Shown here in pieces: positions 53,246-61,479 of a stretch of 64,000 bases of DNA. The DNA comes from Clostridia bacterium (GTDB taxonomy: Bacteria > Bacillota > Clostridia > Christensenellales > UBA1242). The first letter of the stretch is position 1. Each line of letters starts with the position of its first letter. Where the stretch lies: the NCBI GenBank assembly GCA_045534265.1, contig JAZSJH010000007.1:45031-109030 (forward strand). The letters run 5' to 3'. A model generated the notes under the pieces. The model had not been told where the DNA came from, did not search any database, and saw nothing but the letters and a program-made list of their open reading frames with translations. The position numbers and the translations under genes were made by a program.

Positions 53246-54948
53246 AAAAAGAAAAAAGATTAGTTACAGCGGCTCTTACTTATGTTAATAATATTCCTCA
53301 CGTAGGACACATAGTAGGTTGCCATTTACCAGCAGATATTTTTGCAAGATACTGCCGCAGCGCAGGTTATGATACAACTTTTGTAGGTGGCTCTGATATG
53401 CACGGAACACCAGCAATGATTACCGCTCAAGAAAAAGGTATGAAGGTTGAAGATTTGACTGCAAAATTACACGCAGTTCACGACAAAATTTACAAGAAAC
53501 TTTGCATAAGTTATGATATTTATTCTCATACAAATACAGAAATCCACAAACAAGTTACACAAGATTTCTTTATGAAATTGTACGAAGGCGGATACATCAA
53601 AGAAGACGAAATAGAAATGTTCTATTGCGAAAAAGACAAAATGTTTTTGCCTGATAGATTTGTAGTTGGCACTTGCCCAAAATGCGGATACGAAGGTGCT
53701 AACGGCGACCAATGCGAAAAATGTGATAGTTTGTTCTCACTTAATGAACTAAAAGATGCTAGATGTAAAGTTTGCGGCGAACCTGCCGTTCTTAAAAAAT
53801 CAAAACATATCTTCTTAAATTTATCAAAAGATATAGATAAACTTGACGCCTGGATTGATACAAAAAAAGATGTTTGGCGTCCACACGTTTATAGTGAAGC
53901 AAAAAAATGGGTTGCAGAAGGCTTGAAAGATAGATGTATCTCAAGAGATATTCCTTGGGGCTTCCCAATTCCTTTGAAAGGTTATGAAGACAAAGTATTC
54001 TATGTATGGTTTGATGCTCCTATCGGTTATATCTCTATAACAAAAGAACTTAGCGAACAAAAATACCATGATCTATGGGTAGAAAAAGACGCAAAAATCT
54101 ATAACTTCGTAGGTAAAGATAATATTCAATTCCACACTATTTTCTTCCCAACTATGGAAATTGAAAATGGCGACTACAATAAAGCTTACAATGTATGTGG
54201 TTTGAACTTCCTAAACTTTGAAGGTCAAAAAGTTAGTAAGAGTAAAGGTGTAGGTGTGTTCTTTGGTGCTCTTGTAAATGATGAAAACGATATTGATATC
54301 GATACAATGAGAGCTTACCTTACAACTGTTATTCCAGAAACAAGAGATAGCGACTTCAAGTGGGAAAGTTTCAAAGATAATACTAATGCCGAACTTGTAG
54401 GAAAACTTGGTAACCTATTTAACAGAACTATCAATATGATTCAAAAGAATTTTGGCGGAAAGTTAAACTTTGAACTAAACGATAGTGTAAAGTTAAATGA
54501 ATATGATAAGGCTTTGCTTGAAAAAATTAAAACTGCTCCACAAGATATTGCAGACAGTTTTGAAAAAGCTGAACTTAGAGAAGCATACAAGAAGATTATG
54601 GCATATGCAAGCGCTGGTAATCTATACCTTGAACAAACAGCTCCATGGCAACTTGTAAAACAAGAAAAAATGGACGAAGTAGCAAAAGTACTTTATCTAT
54701 GTCTAAACCTTTGCGCATCTCTTGCAATTGTGGCTAGCCCAATTATGCCAAATAAGATGAAAGACATTTGGCAAAACCAAATCGGTCTTAGCGGCGATCC
54801 AACAGCAAATGATATGTGGGATAAAGCAAGTGAGCTACTTATTACAAAAGACCATGTATGCCTAAAACCAGCTCCATTGTTTGAAAGACTAGATGACGAA
54901 AAACTAGAAAAAATCAAAGAAATATTCTCTGTACCATATGATTTTTAG
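53242..54948 (+). CDS. metG: Methionine--tRNA ligase
   Basis: 568 aa. HIGH-type NNIPHVGH, zinc knuckles CPKCG..CEKCD..CKVCG and KMSKS-type KVSKSKG. ATGA overlap with dtd. Confidence 0.9.
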   Translation: MKKEKRLVTAALTYVNNIPHVGHIVGCHLPADIFARYCRSAGYDTTFVGGSDMHGTPAMITAQEKGMKVEDLTAKLHAVHDKIYKKLCISYDIYSHTNTEIHKQVTQDFFMKLYEGGYIKEDEIEMFYCEKDKMFLPDRFVVGTCPKCGYEGANGDQCEKCDSLFSLNELKDARCKVCGEPAVLKKSKHIFLNLSKDIDKLDAWIDTKKDVWRPHVYSEAKKWVAEGLKDRCISRDIPWGFPIPLKGYEDKVFYVWFDAPIGYISITKELSEQKYHDLWVEKDAKIYNFVGKDNIQFHTIFFPTMEIENGDYNKAYNVCGLNFLNFEGQKVSKSKGVGVFFGALVNDENDIDIDTMRAYLTTVIPETRDSDFKWESFKDNTNAELVGKLGNLFNRTINMIQKNFGGKLNFELNDSVKLNEYDKALLEKIKTAPQDIADSFEKAELREAYKKIMAYASAGNLYLEQTAPWQLVKQEKMDEVAKVLYLCLNLCASLAIVASPIMPNKMKDIWQNQIGLSGDPTANDMWDKASELLITKDHVCLKPAPLFERLDDEKLEKIKEIFSVPYDF

Positions 54949-54960
54949 AAAAAATTAAAA

Positions 54961-54984
54961 ACTCACTTATAAAGTGAGTTTTTT
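54961..54984 (+). terminator. Rho-independent terminator of metG
   Basis: ACTCACTT-ata-AAGTGAGT followed by T5. Confidence 0.75.
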
Positions 54985-55089
54985 GTATTTTGCTTTAGTG
55001 TATTTTTTATAAAACTTGATTTTAACTGCCTAAAGGCAAAAAATATTCAAATTTTATAAACAAAATCACAAAAAAATAAAATAAAATGT

Positions 55090-55118
55090 TTGAAAAAGTC
55101 ATATAAAGATGTTATACT
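55090..55118 (+). promoter_or_regulatory. Promoter of the 74-aa membrane protein gene
   Basis: TTGAAA (55090-55095), 17-nt spacer, TGtTATACT (55110-55118). The TTG 'start' of the track ORF is this -35 box. Confidence 0.65.
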
Positions 55119-55149
55119 GAATATAGTATTAAAAAAGGAGAGAGATACT

Positions 55150-55374
55150 ATGGCAAAATCATCTAAAGATTATTTTGGTCTTGGAAGACTTGTTAGCCTT
55201 ATCCTAGCTATTATCCCTGTAACAGCTTGGATCTGCGGAGCTCTTACTAGATTCAAAGAAGGAAAAATCGTTGCTGGTCTTATCAGACTTGTATTTGGTT
55301 TCAACCTAGTTTGGATTCTTGACCTTATCTTCATGATTCTAGGTGGAAGAATTTGGCGTCTACTAAACATCTAA
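55150..55374 (+). CDS. Small two-TM membrane protein (74 aa)
   Basis: Start at MAKSSKDYF (AAGGAG SD). Two hydrophobic helices. Terminator follows. Confidence 0.65.
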   Translation: MAKSSKDYFGLGRLVSLILAIIPVTAWICGALTRFKEGKIVAGLIRLVFGFNLVWILDLIFMILGGRIWRLLNI

Positions 55375-55388
55375 TAGGCGAATTAAAA

Positions 55389-55415
55389 ACACTCAAATAA
55401 TGAGTGTTTTTTTTA
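55389..55415 (+). terminator. Rho-independent terminator
   Basis: ACACTCA-aataa-TGAGTGT followed by T8. Confidence 0.8.
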
Positions 55416-55500
55416 TTTTAATAATAGTTTTGTAACCGCTCCACAACAAATCTAAACGATATAACAACTTATAACAAGTCATTATCTGCATTGACAAAAG

Positions 55501-55530
55501 TAAAAAAACACCCCAAAAATATTAGGGTGT
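55501..55530 (-). terminator. Terminator of folD
   Basis: ACACCC-11 nt-GGGTGT hairpin followed on the minus strand by a T-run. Confidence 0.6.
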
Positions 55531-55538
55531 TTTCTTTG

Positions 55539-56402
55539 TTATCTTTTATTTTGAGATAGGGTTGTATTTACTGTATTTTTAAGAAGCATTGTGATAGTCA
55601 TAGGTCCACTACCGCCAGGAACAGGAGAAATATATTCCGCTACTTCTTTGACATTTTCAAAATCAACGTCACCACAGATTTTGTTTGTTTTTTCATCTCT
55701 TACAATGCCCACATCAATAACAACAGCGCCTGGTTTTACCATATCTTTTGTGATAAAGTTTTTAACCCCTACAGCTGATACAATAATGTCACTGTTTAGA
55801 GTAACAGCTTTGATGTCTTTTGTTCTTGTGTGGCACATAGTAACTGTTCCGTGTAGTTGAGTAAGCATAAGATATAGCGGCTTTCCAACTAAAAGACTTC
55901 TATTGATAATAGCAATATTTTTGCCTTCGATATCTATGCCGTATGATTGAAGCATAGTAACAACACCAAGTGGAGTACAACTTCTAATAACAGATGGGTC
56001 ATTAGAGATTAGTTTTCCAAGGTTGACATTAGTTAGTCCATCAACGTCTTTTTCCGGTGAAATTAAGTTTATTGCTTCGTTTGGATTAAGATGACTTGGA
56101 AGTGGAAGTTGCAAAAGTATTCCGTTTACTTTCTTATCATTATTTAGTTCCAAAATCTTTTTGTTAAGCTCTTCTTGTGTTACATTTTCGTCCAAAGTAA
56201 TTGAATCTGAGATAATACCAACTTCTTTGCAGGCTTTGATTTTTCCTGAAACATAAACTTTTGAAGCCATGTTGTTACCAACAAGCACTACCGCAAGTCT
56301 TGGTGCTGATTTTCCTTTTGCTAAAAGTTCAGTTTCGATTTGAGTTTTTAGTTTTTGTTTAATTTCCTTTGAAAGTTCCTTTCCATCAATTATTGTTGCC
56401 AT
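55539..56402 (-). CDS. folD: Bifunctional methylenetetrahydrofolate dehydrogenase/cyclohydrolase
   Basis: Start at MATIIDGKELSKEIK (AAGGAG upstream). The YVSGKIKACKEVGI and PGGSGPMTI blocks are typical of FolD. Confidence 0.9.
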   Translation of the reverse strand: MATIIDGKELSKEIKQKLKTQIETELLAKGKSAPRLAVVLVGNNMASKVYVSGKIKACKEVGIISDSITLDENVTQEELNKKILELNNDKKVNGILLQLPLPSHLNPNEAINLISPEKDVDGLTNVNLGKLISNDPSVIRSCTPLGVVTMLQSYGIDIEGKNIAIINRSLLVGKPLYLMLTQLHGTVTMCHTRTKDIKAVTLNSDIIVSAVGVKNFITKDMVKPGAVVIDVGIVRDEKTNKICGDVDFENVKEVAEYISPVPGGSGPMTITMLLKNTVNTTLSQNKR

Positions 56403-57249
56403 CTTTGTTCTCCTTTTTATATATGTTTTCAAATGTTTTTAGTTTAGTAGCTTTGAGTACAGAGCCTATTACTCTTCCACTGGTTTGTGGTGTTAGCTTG
56501 TACATAAAGTTAATAAGTTTTGCATCCATACCTATTATCGCTCGGGCTCTTTTTCGTTTCATTGTGTTAACAATTTTTTTTGCTGCCTTGTCAGCCCGCA
56601 TACTGATAGAGTTAATTAACTTTTGGTCTTTTTCTTCTATCACATCTTTGGCGTTATCTTTTGAGTGGAACAAATTTGTTTTGATAAAACCTGGCATAAT
56701 AGTTGATACATAGACTTGTTTTCTTAACTCACAATGAAGTATTTCGCTAAAAGTCTTTAGAGCGGATTTGCTTGCAGAATAACTAGCCACCCCCGGAAGA
56801 CAGGCAAGAGCTGAAGCCGAAGATATATTTATAATCGCTGGAGTAGCAGATTTTCTAAGCACAGGAAGCAACGCCCTAACCGCATAGGTTACTGATAAAA
56901 AGTTAGTTCTAAATATCCTTTCACTAGACTCTTCTGGAGAGCTTTCAAAACTCTCAAAAGGAGACATTGTTCCGGCGTTATTAATAAGTATATCCGGAGC
57001 AAAATTTATTGACTCCATATGAGAGATTAAATCTTGCCAGCCCTCTTTGTTTCCAACGTCTAGTGGAAAATAGTCAAACAAAGAAGATTTTTCGCCAAGT
57101 TCGTTTTTGAAATCTTGAAGTTTGCTTTCTGTTCTTGCAACGCCTAGTATATGGCAGCCATATTTGTTTATTAATATCTTAGAAACTTCTTTGCCGATAC
57201 CGCTAGAAGCACCTGATATTATAACATTTTTGTTAAATAACCAATTCAT
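56386..57249 (-). CDS. SDR family oxidoreductase
   Basis: 287 aa. ISGASSGIGKE (TGxxxGxG), NNAG and YSASK catalytic motifs. Its 3' end overlaps the folD start by 17 nt. Confidence 0.8.
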   Translation of the reverse strand: MNWLFNKNVIISGASSGIGKEVSKILINKYGCHILGVARTESKLQDFKNELGEKSSLFDYFPLDVGNKEGWQDLISHMESINFAPDILINNAGTMSPFESFESSPEESSERIFRTNFLSVTYAVRALLPVLRKSATPAIINISSASALACLPGVASYSASKSALKTFSEILHCELRKQVYVSTIMPGFIKTNLFHSKDNAKDVIEEKDQKLINSISMRADKAAKKIVNTMKRKRARAIIGMDAKLINFMYKLTPQTSGRVIGSVLKATKLKTFENIYKKENKDGNNN

Positions 57250-57305
57250 ATTTTTTACCTATATATATTTTACAATTTATCCCGAACTTTTGCAAATTAA
57301 TACAG

Positions 57306-57335
57306 CAAAAAAGGTCACAACATTGTGACCTTTTT
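57306..57335 (-). terminator. Terminator of the 165-aa hypothetical gene
   Basis: GGTCACA-acat-TGTGACC hairpin right after the stop codon, with A/T runs on both sides. Confidence 0.75.
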
Positions 57336-57833
57336 TTATTGCTCTCTTGGAGCTTCTGTTTTTGCTGTTTGAACTGATGCTGTTTGTGTGTTTGCTTTTA
57401 TTTGTGTGTGTGGTTTTGAAAATTCATAAAAAGTAGCACCACCAATTTCTTGGCTGTCTTCGGCTTTAGTAAAGCCAAAAGTTTTTGCAGTTGTAGATGT
57501 CTCTGACAAACCAATATAAGTGTTGGCTGGAATATTGTGCTTTGTGCAGTGGTCAGTAACGTGTTTCATTGAGTATACTGATAAAACAGTAGCTTCTTTG
57601 TCAGATACAACGCCGTTTTTTATCATAGGAAATAGAAGATGTGCAGCTTCTTTATCTACCATAAAAACAAGGTTGCAAAGTTCTTGTTTTTCGTTATCGC
57701 CAAGGTCAGAGAATAGTTTGTATTCCATAAGGGACCCTGTATGACCGAATTGATTGAAGATTTTTTTGTACACACTTTCTCTTTCGCTAACACACTTTTT
57801 TAGTTCAAATGAATAGTTAGTTATTTTTGCCAT
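57336..57833 (-). CDS. Hypothetical protein
   Basis: 165 aa. GGGGG SD. No recognisable motif. Q/T/A-rich C-terminal tail. Confidence 0.6.
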   Translation of the reverse strand: MAKITNYSFELKKCVSERESVYKKIFNQFGHTGSLMEYKLFSDLGDNEKQELCNLVFMVDKEAAHLLFPMIKNGVVSDKEATVLSVYSMKHVTDHCTKHNIPANTYIGLSETSTTAKTFGFTKAEDSQEIGGATFYEFSKPHTQIKANTQTASVQTAKTEAPREQ

Positions 57834-58020
57834 AATAGGACCCCCTTTTTTATTAAGTTTTACTTTTTCAGTATAACAAACAAAAACGGCTTGTCAACCC
57901 CTAATTTTCAAAAAAATACAAAAATTTTTTAATGTTAAAAGCTTTTTATTTTTGGCAACTAAAATCAATTTGTTTTGTAAAAACATTTTTGTGTGATATT
58001 ATTAAATTTAGGAGAGAAGT

Positions 58021-59265
58021 ATGCAATTCAAACTTTTGCAAACATATAGGGTTTTATCAAACTTTTCAACTAGTTTGATTATGGAATTTATCCCATTTAT
58101 GATATTCGGTTTTGCTTTGCCGCAGTTTGGTATGGCAAGGGCGCTTGCTATGATGTTTGGGTACTGGGTGTTACAATGTTTATTTGTTTTTTTGTTTAGC
58201 ACTTTGCTTAAAAAAGAATTTTTTTCAAAACCGCAAATATTTTTACTACTTAGAATTTTACCGATTATTGCTTGCGAAATATGTATATTGTTTTTACCAC
58301 TAAATTATTGGTGGATAATAATTATTACAGCAATATTTAGCGGACTAGAAAACTCATTTAATTATGTTCCAACTGAAATTATATACAATTACGTTTCCGA
58401 AGGTCAAGACGAAAAAACATTAGGCTTTACTAGATTTTTAGAACAAATGGGTTGGCTTATTGCAGGTATTGTTGGTGGCGCACTTTTAGACTACTTGCCA
58501 CAGTGGTTAGTTGTTTCTTTTAGTTTATCTCTTTTTGTAGGTAGTGCAATACCTTTGGTTGTATTTTATTTTAAGTTTAGAAAAGACCCAACTTTCAACA
58601 AAGACTTTGTGTCTTACGCTGTAGCTACGCAAGAAAAAGATAAAAAAGTTAAGGCTCTTAAGAAAAAATTTTTAGCTAAACACTTTATATCTTCAGCACT
58701 TATTGCTCCTACTGTTTATGGATTTTATTATCTAACTAGCGCAATAATGTATATAGAAACAGGCAGCTTCTTGATTGCGGGAACAGTATCTTCAGTGTAT
58801 GATGGCTTGTATGGACTATGTTGTTTGCTTGCGGGTAAACTGCTTACAAAATATGATGGTAAAAATCTAACTTCGCTTACAGCCTTTTATATGATAGTAA
58901 GTATGCTTGTTATATATTTTGTACCTATTTTATGGGTAAAAATATTGGTATTTTTGATTGCAGCCATAGTTCAGCCTATCATCAATATCCATTTATTCCA
59001 AAGCTACCTTGACAAAGGTAGAATCTTGGGGGTTGGGAATGAAGTATTGCTCGATCAGTATCGCGGGAATTGCATAGGCTATGCAACTATCTATACAGCT
59101 GGTATGTTTGGAATGCTCCCAATAATAATTGCTGCAACAAGTCTTGCTCTTGTCGGTGTTGTTTATGAGCGCAAAGCAGAAGAAAGTACAACAAAAGATC
59201 TTGTTAACTTTTTGAGTTACAACGAAACATTAGATGAAAATACAAAACAAAAAAGAAGTGACTAA
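58021..59265 (+). CDS. MFS-like polytopic transporter
   Basis: 414 aa. About 12 hydrophobic helices split by a central basic loop (KDKKVKALKKKFLAKH). AGGAGAG SD. Confidence 0.65.
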   Translation: MQFKLLQTYRVLSNFSTSLIMEFIPFMIFGFALPQFGMARALAMMFGYWVLQCLFVFLFSTLLKKEFFSKPQIFLLLRILPIIACEICILFLPLNYWWIIIITAIFSGLENSFNYVPTEIIYNYVSEGQDEKTLGFTRFLEQMGWLIAGIVGGALLDYLPQWLVVSFSLSLFVGSAIPLVVFYFKFRKDPTFNKDFVSYAVATQEKDKKVKALKKKFLAKHFISSALIAPTVYGFYYLTSAIMYIETGSFLIAGTVSSVYDGLYGLCCLLAGKLLTKYDGKNLTSLTAFYMIVSMLVIYFVPILWVKILVFLIAAIVQPIINIHLFQSYLDKGRILGVGNEVLLDQYRGNCIGYATIYTAGMFGMLPIIIAATSLALVGVVYERKAEESTTKDLVNFLSYNETLDENTKQKRSD

Positions 59266-59280
59266 CTTTTAGCCACTTCT
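59254..59280. terminator. Bidirectional hairpin enclosing the overlapping stop codons of two convergent genes
   Basis: AGAAGTG-13 nt-CACTTCT, extendable with A/T pairs, flanked by an A-run and a T-run. The loop contains CTAA (TAA for plus, TAG for minus). Confidence 0.55.
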
Positions 59281-59882
59281 TTTTTTCTTTTTGATAAAAA
59301 ATAAATTCCAACGCTAATAATGACCATAATAACACTAGCAAGAAGCAAAAACAAAATTGAGTCTTTGAAAATCGTACATACAAACAATATAAGTACGCAA
59401 GCAATAAAATTTCCAACCATTACCGCCGTAAAACTTTGCAATAGGTTAAGATTTGTAAAACAGGCAACAGCAGACCCCGTCCAAATTCCTGTCATAGGGG
59501 CAGGTATAGCTACAAACAGCATAACCGCCAGCCATATGCTAAAAGTTTTATGTTTTTTGACGTTTTGGTCGTCAAGCTCAACGCTTTGTTTTTTGAATTT
59601 TGCTTCAAGTTTTGCAATCATATTAGCGAAAGTCTTAGTTTTTTTTAGCCTAGCAAAAACGGGTTTTAGACAATTAAGAATAATCAACGCTACAAGGCTA
59701 CTCCCTAAAAAGCTTGCAAGAAAAGAAACAAACGGCGAAAGTGCAGACGCTCCCCATACTTCCGTCGCCATGCCAAAAGGCAAAGCAATTCTTGCTTCAC
59801 ATATAGGGACCATAGCTATTAGCATAACCGCCAAAAAGCTCCCGCCGATATTACTAAATATATTTTGTATACTTTCTACCAT
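59262..59882 (-). CDS. Small multidrug export-like (COG2426 / Sm_multidrug_ex type) membrane protein
   Basis: The block VPICEARIALPFGMA is typical of this family, followed by further TM helices. Start tentatively at MVESIQNIF (Met27 of the track ORF). Confidence 0.6.
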   Translation of the reverse strand: MVESIQNIFSNIGGSFLAVMLIAMVPICEARIALPFGMATEVWGASALSPFVSFLASFLGSSLVALIILNCLKPVFARLKKTKTFANMIAKLEAKFKKQSVELDDQNVKKHKTFSIWLAVMLFVAIPAPMTGIWTGSAVACFTNLNLLQSFTAVMVGNFIACVLILFVCTIFKDSILFLLLASVIMVIISVGIYFLSKRKKEVAKS

Positions 59883-59978
59883 ATAGATAGTATATGAAAA
59901 ATAAAATTTTTTAATACCCAGCAAAATTAATAATAATCTCTCGCAAAAAACTTTTGACAAAAAAGCCCCGAAAAAGCA

Positions 59979-60007
59979 TTGACAAGTAAGATATATTTTG
60001 ATAAACT
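59979..60007 (+). promoter_or_regulatory. Promoter of tRNA-Ser
   Basis: TTGACA (59979-59984), 17-nt spacer, TGaTAAACT (59999-60007), about 35 nt before the tRNA 5' end. Confidence 0.65.
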
Positions 60008-60043
60008 TACACCGTTAGACCAAAAGTTTAATAAAGCAAATAT

Positions 60044-60134
60044 GTAGTGGTACTCAAGAGGCTCAAGAGGACGCCCTGCTAAGGCGTTAGAGGTCGCAAG
60101 GCCTGCGCGGGTTCAAATCCCGCCCACTACGCCA
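60044..60134 (+). tRNA. tRNA-Ser (anticodon GCU), long variable arm, CCA encoded
   Basis: GTAGTGG TA CTC AAGAGGCTCAA GAG G ACGCC CTGCTAA GGCGT, variable arm AGGTC-gcaa-GGCCT, GCGGG TTCAAAT CCCGC CCACTAC G CCA. Confidence 0.9.
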
Positions 60135-60140
60135 AATGAG

Positions 60141-60169
60141 CCTAAGTGCAAATACACTTAGGTTTTTTT
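60141..60169 (+). terminator. Terminator after tRNA-Ser
   Basis: CCTAAGTG-caaata-CACTTAGG followed by T7. Confidence 0.8.
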
Positions 60170-60189
60170 GTTTTTAAGGAGGGTTAATT

Positions 60190-60702
60190 ATGAATTTATA
60201 CGAAGAAATTTACAAATTAAAAACAATAGAAAGAAAAGGTTGGTTAAGCAGAAATTGCCATTCAAAAGAAGGCAGAGTAGAAAGTGATGCAGAACACACT
60301 TTTTCGATGGCAATTCTTGCTCTTGAGATAATGAGCAAAGAAAAGATGGATTTAGACCAAGAAAAAGTTTTGAAGATGATACTTTATCACGAAATATGTG
60401 AGATAGATTATGGAGACCATACTCCAATGGAAAAAATTTCTCCCGCAGAGAAGTTTGAGCATGAATATCAAGCTGTAAAGAGAATTGCTGATAGTTACGA
60501 AATGCCAGAAATTTTAGGACTATGGTTAGAGTTTGAAGAAAACAAAACTCCTGAAGCCCAATTTGTTAAAAAAGTTGATAAACTAGATGCTATGATGCAA
60601 AGCAAAATTTATGCTAATGTTGTTGAAGACCAAGCCGTTTTTAGAGAGTTTTGTGATAGCAGACCAGAAATCTCTGGTGAGTTTCAAGAATATTTGAAAT
60701 AG
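60190..60702 (+). CDS. HD-domain protein (YfbR-like 5'-deoxynucleotidase type)
   Basis: 170 aa. ESDAEHTFSMA, YHEICEIDYGDHTP and KVDKLDA blocks. AAGGAGGG SD. Confidence 0.75.
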   Translation: MNLYEEIYKLKTIERKGWLSRNCHSKEGRVESDAEHTFSMAILALEIMSKEKMDLDQEKVLKMILYHEICEIDYGDHTPMEKISPAEKFEHEYQAVKRIADSYEMPEILGLWLEFEENKTPEAQFVKKVDKLDAMMQSKIYANVVEDQAVFREFCDSRPEISGEFQEYLK

Positions 60703-60749
60703 TTTTATTTGATAGTGTTTTGGAATTAAGGTAAAGTGGTGTAAAAAAA

Positions 60750-60777
60750 GACAGAGATAGATTTCTCTGTCTTTTTT
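60750..60777. terminator. Bidirectional terminator between the HD gene and the TetR gene
   Basis: GACAGAGA-tagatt-TCTCTGTC flanked by A7 and T6. Confidence 0.8.
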
Positions 60778-60778
60778 A

Positions 60779-61333
60779 TTATTTTATAGGTAGAAATTGG
60801 TTGTCTTGATTGATTGTTGCGGACAATATGTCTCCAACTTCGTCTAGAGTAAACTTGTTTGTTTGGCTTTCCCAAAAATTAGTGAAATATAATTTGCCAA
60901 CCCCAACAAAACCCGAAACAATAAAAGCTAGGCTTAACTTCGCCTTTTTGGTTTCTTCGGGGTTTTCAACCATTAACATTTCTTCCAAAATTTGCATTAT
61001 ACAATATTCTATATTGTGTAGTTTGCTAAAGGCGTAATAGAAAAAGTCGCCATTTTGATAAAGAAACATTAAGTTTTGTTTTATTCTTTCTTTGTATGGA
61101 ATATTTGTGTTTACAAATATTTTATATGCCTTTTTTATATAAGTTCCGCACATTTCATATAAAACATCTTCTACGCTATCATAGTGAGAATAAAATGTTG
61201 TTCTATTAATGTTAGCCATTTCACAAAGATATTTTATACTTACTTGATATTCTTTGTTTTTTATTATATTTGATAATGCGTCTTTAATTTTTTGTCTGCT
61301 TTGTTGAGACTTTTTATTATTTTTTATGTTCAT
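60779..61333 (-). CDS. TetR/AcrR family transcriptional regulator
   Basis: 184 aa. N-terminal HTH ISIKYLCEMANINRTTFYSHYDSVEDVL. AGGAG SD. Confidence 0.85.
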   Translation of the reverse strand: MNIKNNKKSQQSRQKIKDALSNIIKNKEYQVSIKYLCEMANINRTTFYSHYDSVEDVLYEMCGTYIKKAYKIFVNTNIPYKERIKQNLMFLYQNGDFFYYAFSKLHNIEYCIMQILEEMLMVENPEETKKAKLSLAFIVSGFVGVGKLYFTNFWESQTNKFTLDEVGDILSATINQDNQFLPIK

Positions 61334-61355
61334 AATATCTCCTAATTATGACAAT

Positions 61356-61384
61356 ATTATATCAAAATTTTTTTAATACCTCAA
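61356..61384 (-). promoter_or_regulatory. Candidate TetR promoter
   Basis: Minus strand TTGAGG (61384-61379), 17-nt spacer, TGaTATAAT (61364-61356). Confidence 0.55.
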
Positions 61385-61394
61385 CACCTGTTGA
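61381..61394. promoter_or_regulatory. 6-2-6 palindrome overlapping the TetR -35 box, candidate operator
   Basis: TCAACA-cc-TGTTGA, a perfect inverted repeat in the TetR / lipoprotein divergent region. Confidence 0.45.
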
Positions 61395-61479
61395 CCAATT
61401 GTTTATTAAAATTTGAAAAAAATTTATATAATAAAACCATCAAAGAGCAAAAAGCTCAAAAAAAAAGGGGGAAACAAAT

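Noticed and set aside
55090-55149. 20-aa N-terminal extension of the small membrane protein (track start at 55090)
   Set aside because: The TTG at 55090 is the -35 box (TTGAAA-17-TGtTATACT). The ATG at 55150 has an AAGGAG SD at the right distance.
56386-56402. 17-nt overlap between the SDR gene end and the folD start as a sign of a frameshift or mis-call
   Set aside because: The folD Met (MATIIDGK) is the conserved N terminus and has AAGGAG upstream. The SDR frame is intact to its stop. Short same-strand overlaps are normal.
59320-59886. 188-aa plus-strand ORF opposite the Sm_multidrug_ex-like gene
   Set aside because: No SD and no motif. The minus-strand frame carries the family signature VPICEARIALPFGMA and regular TM helices.
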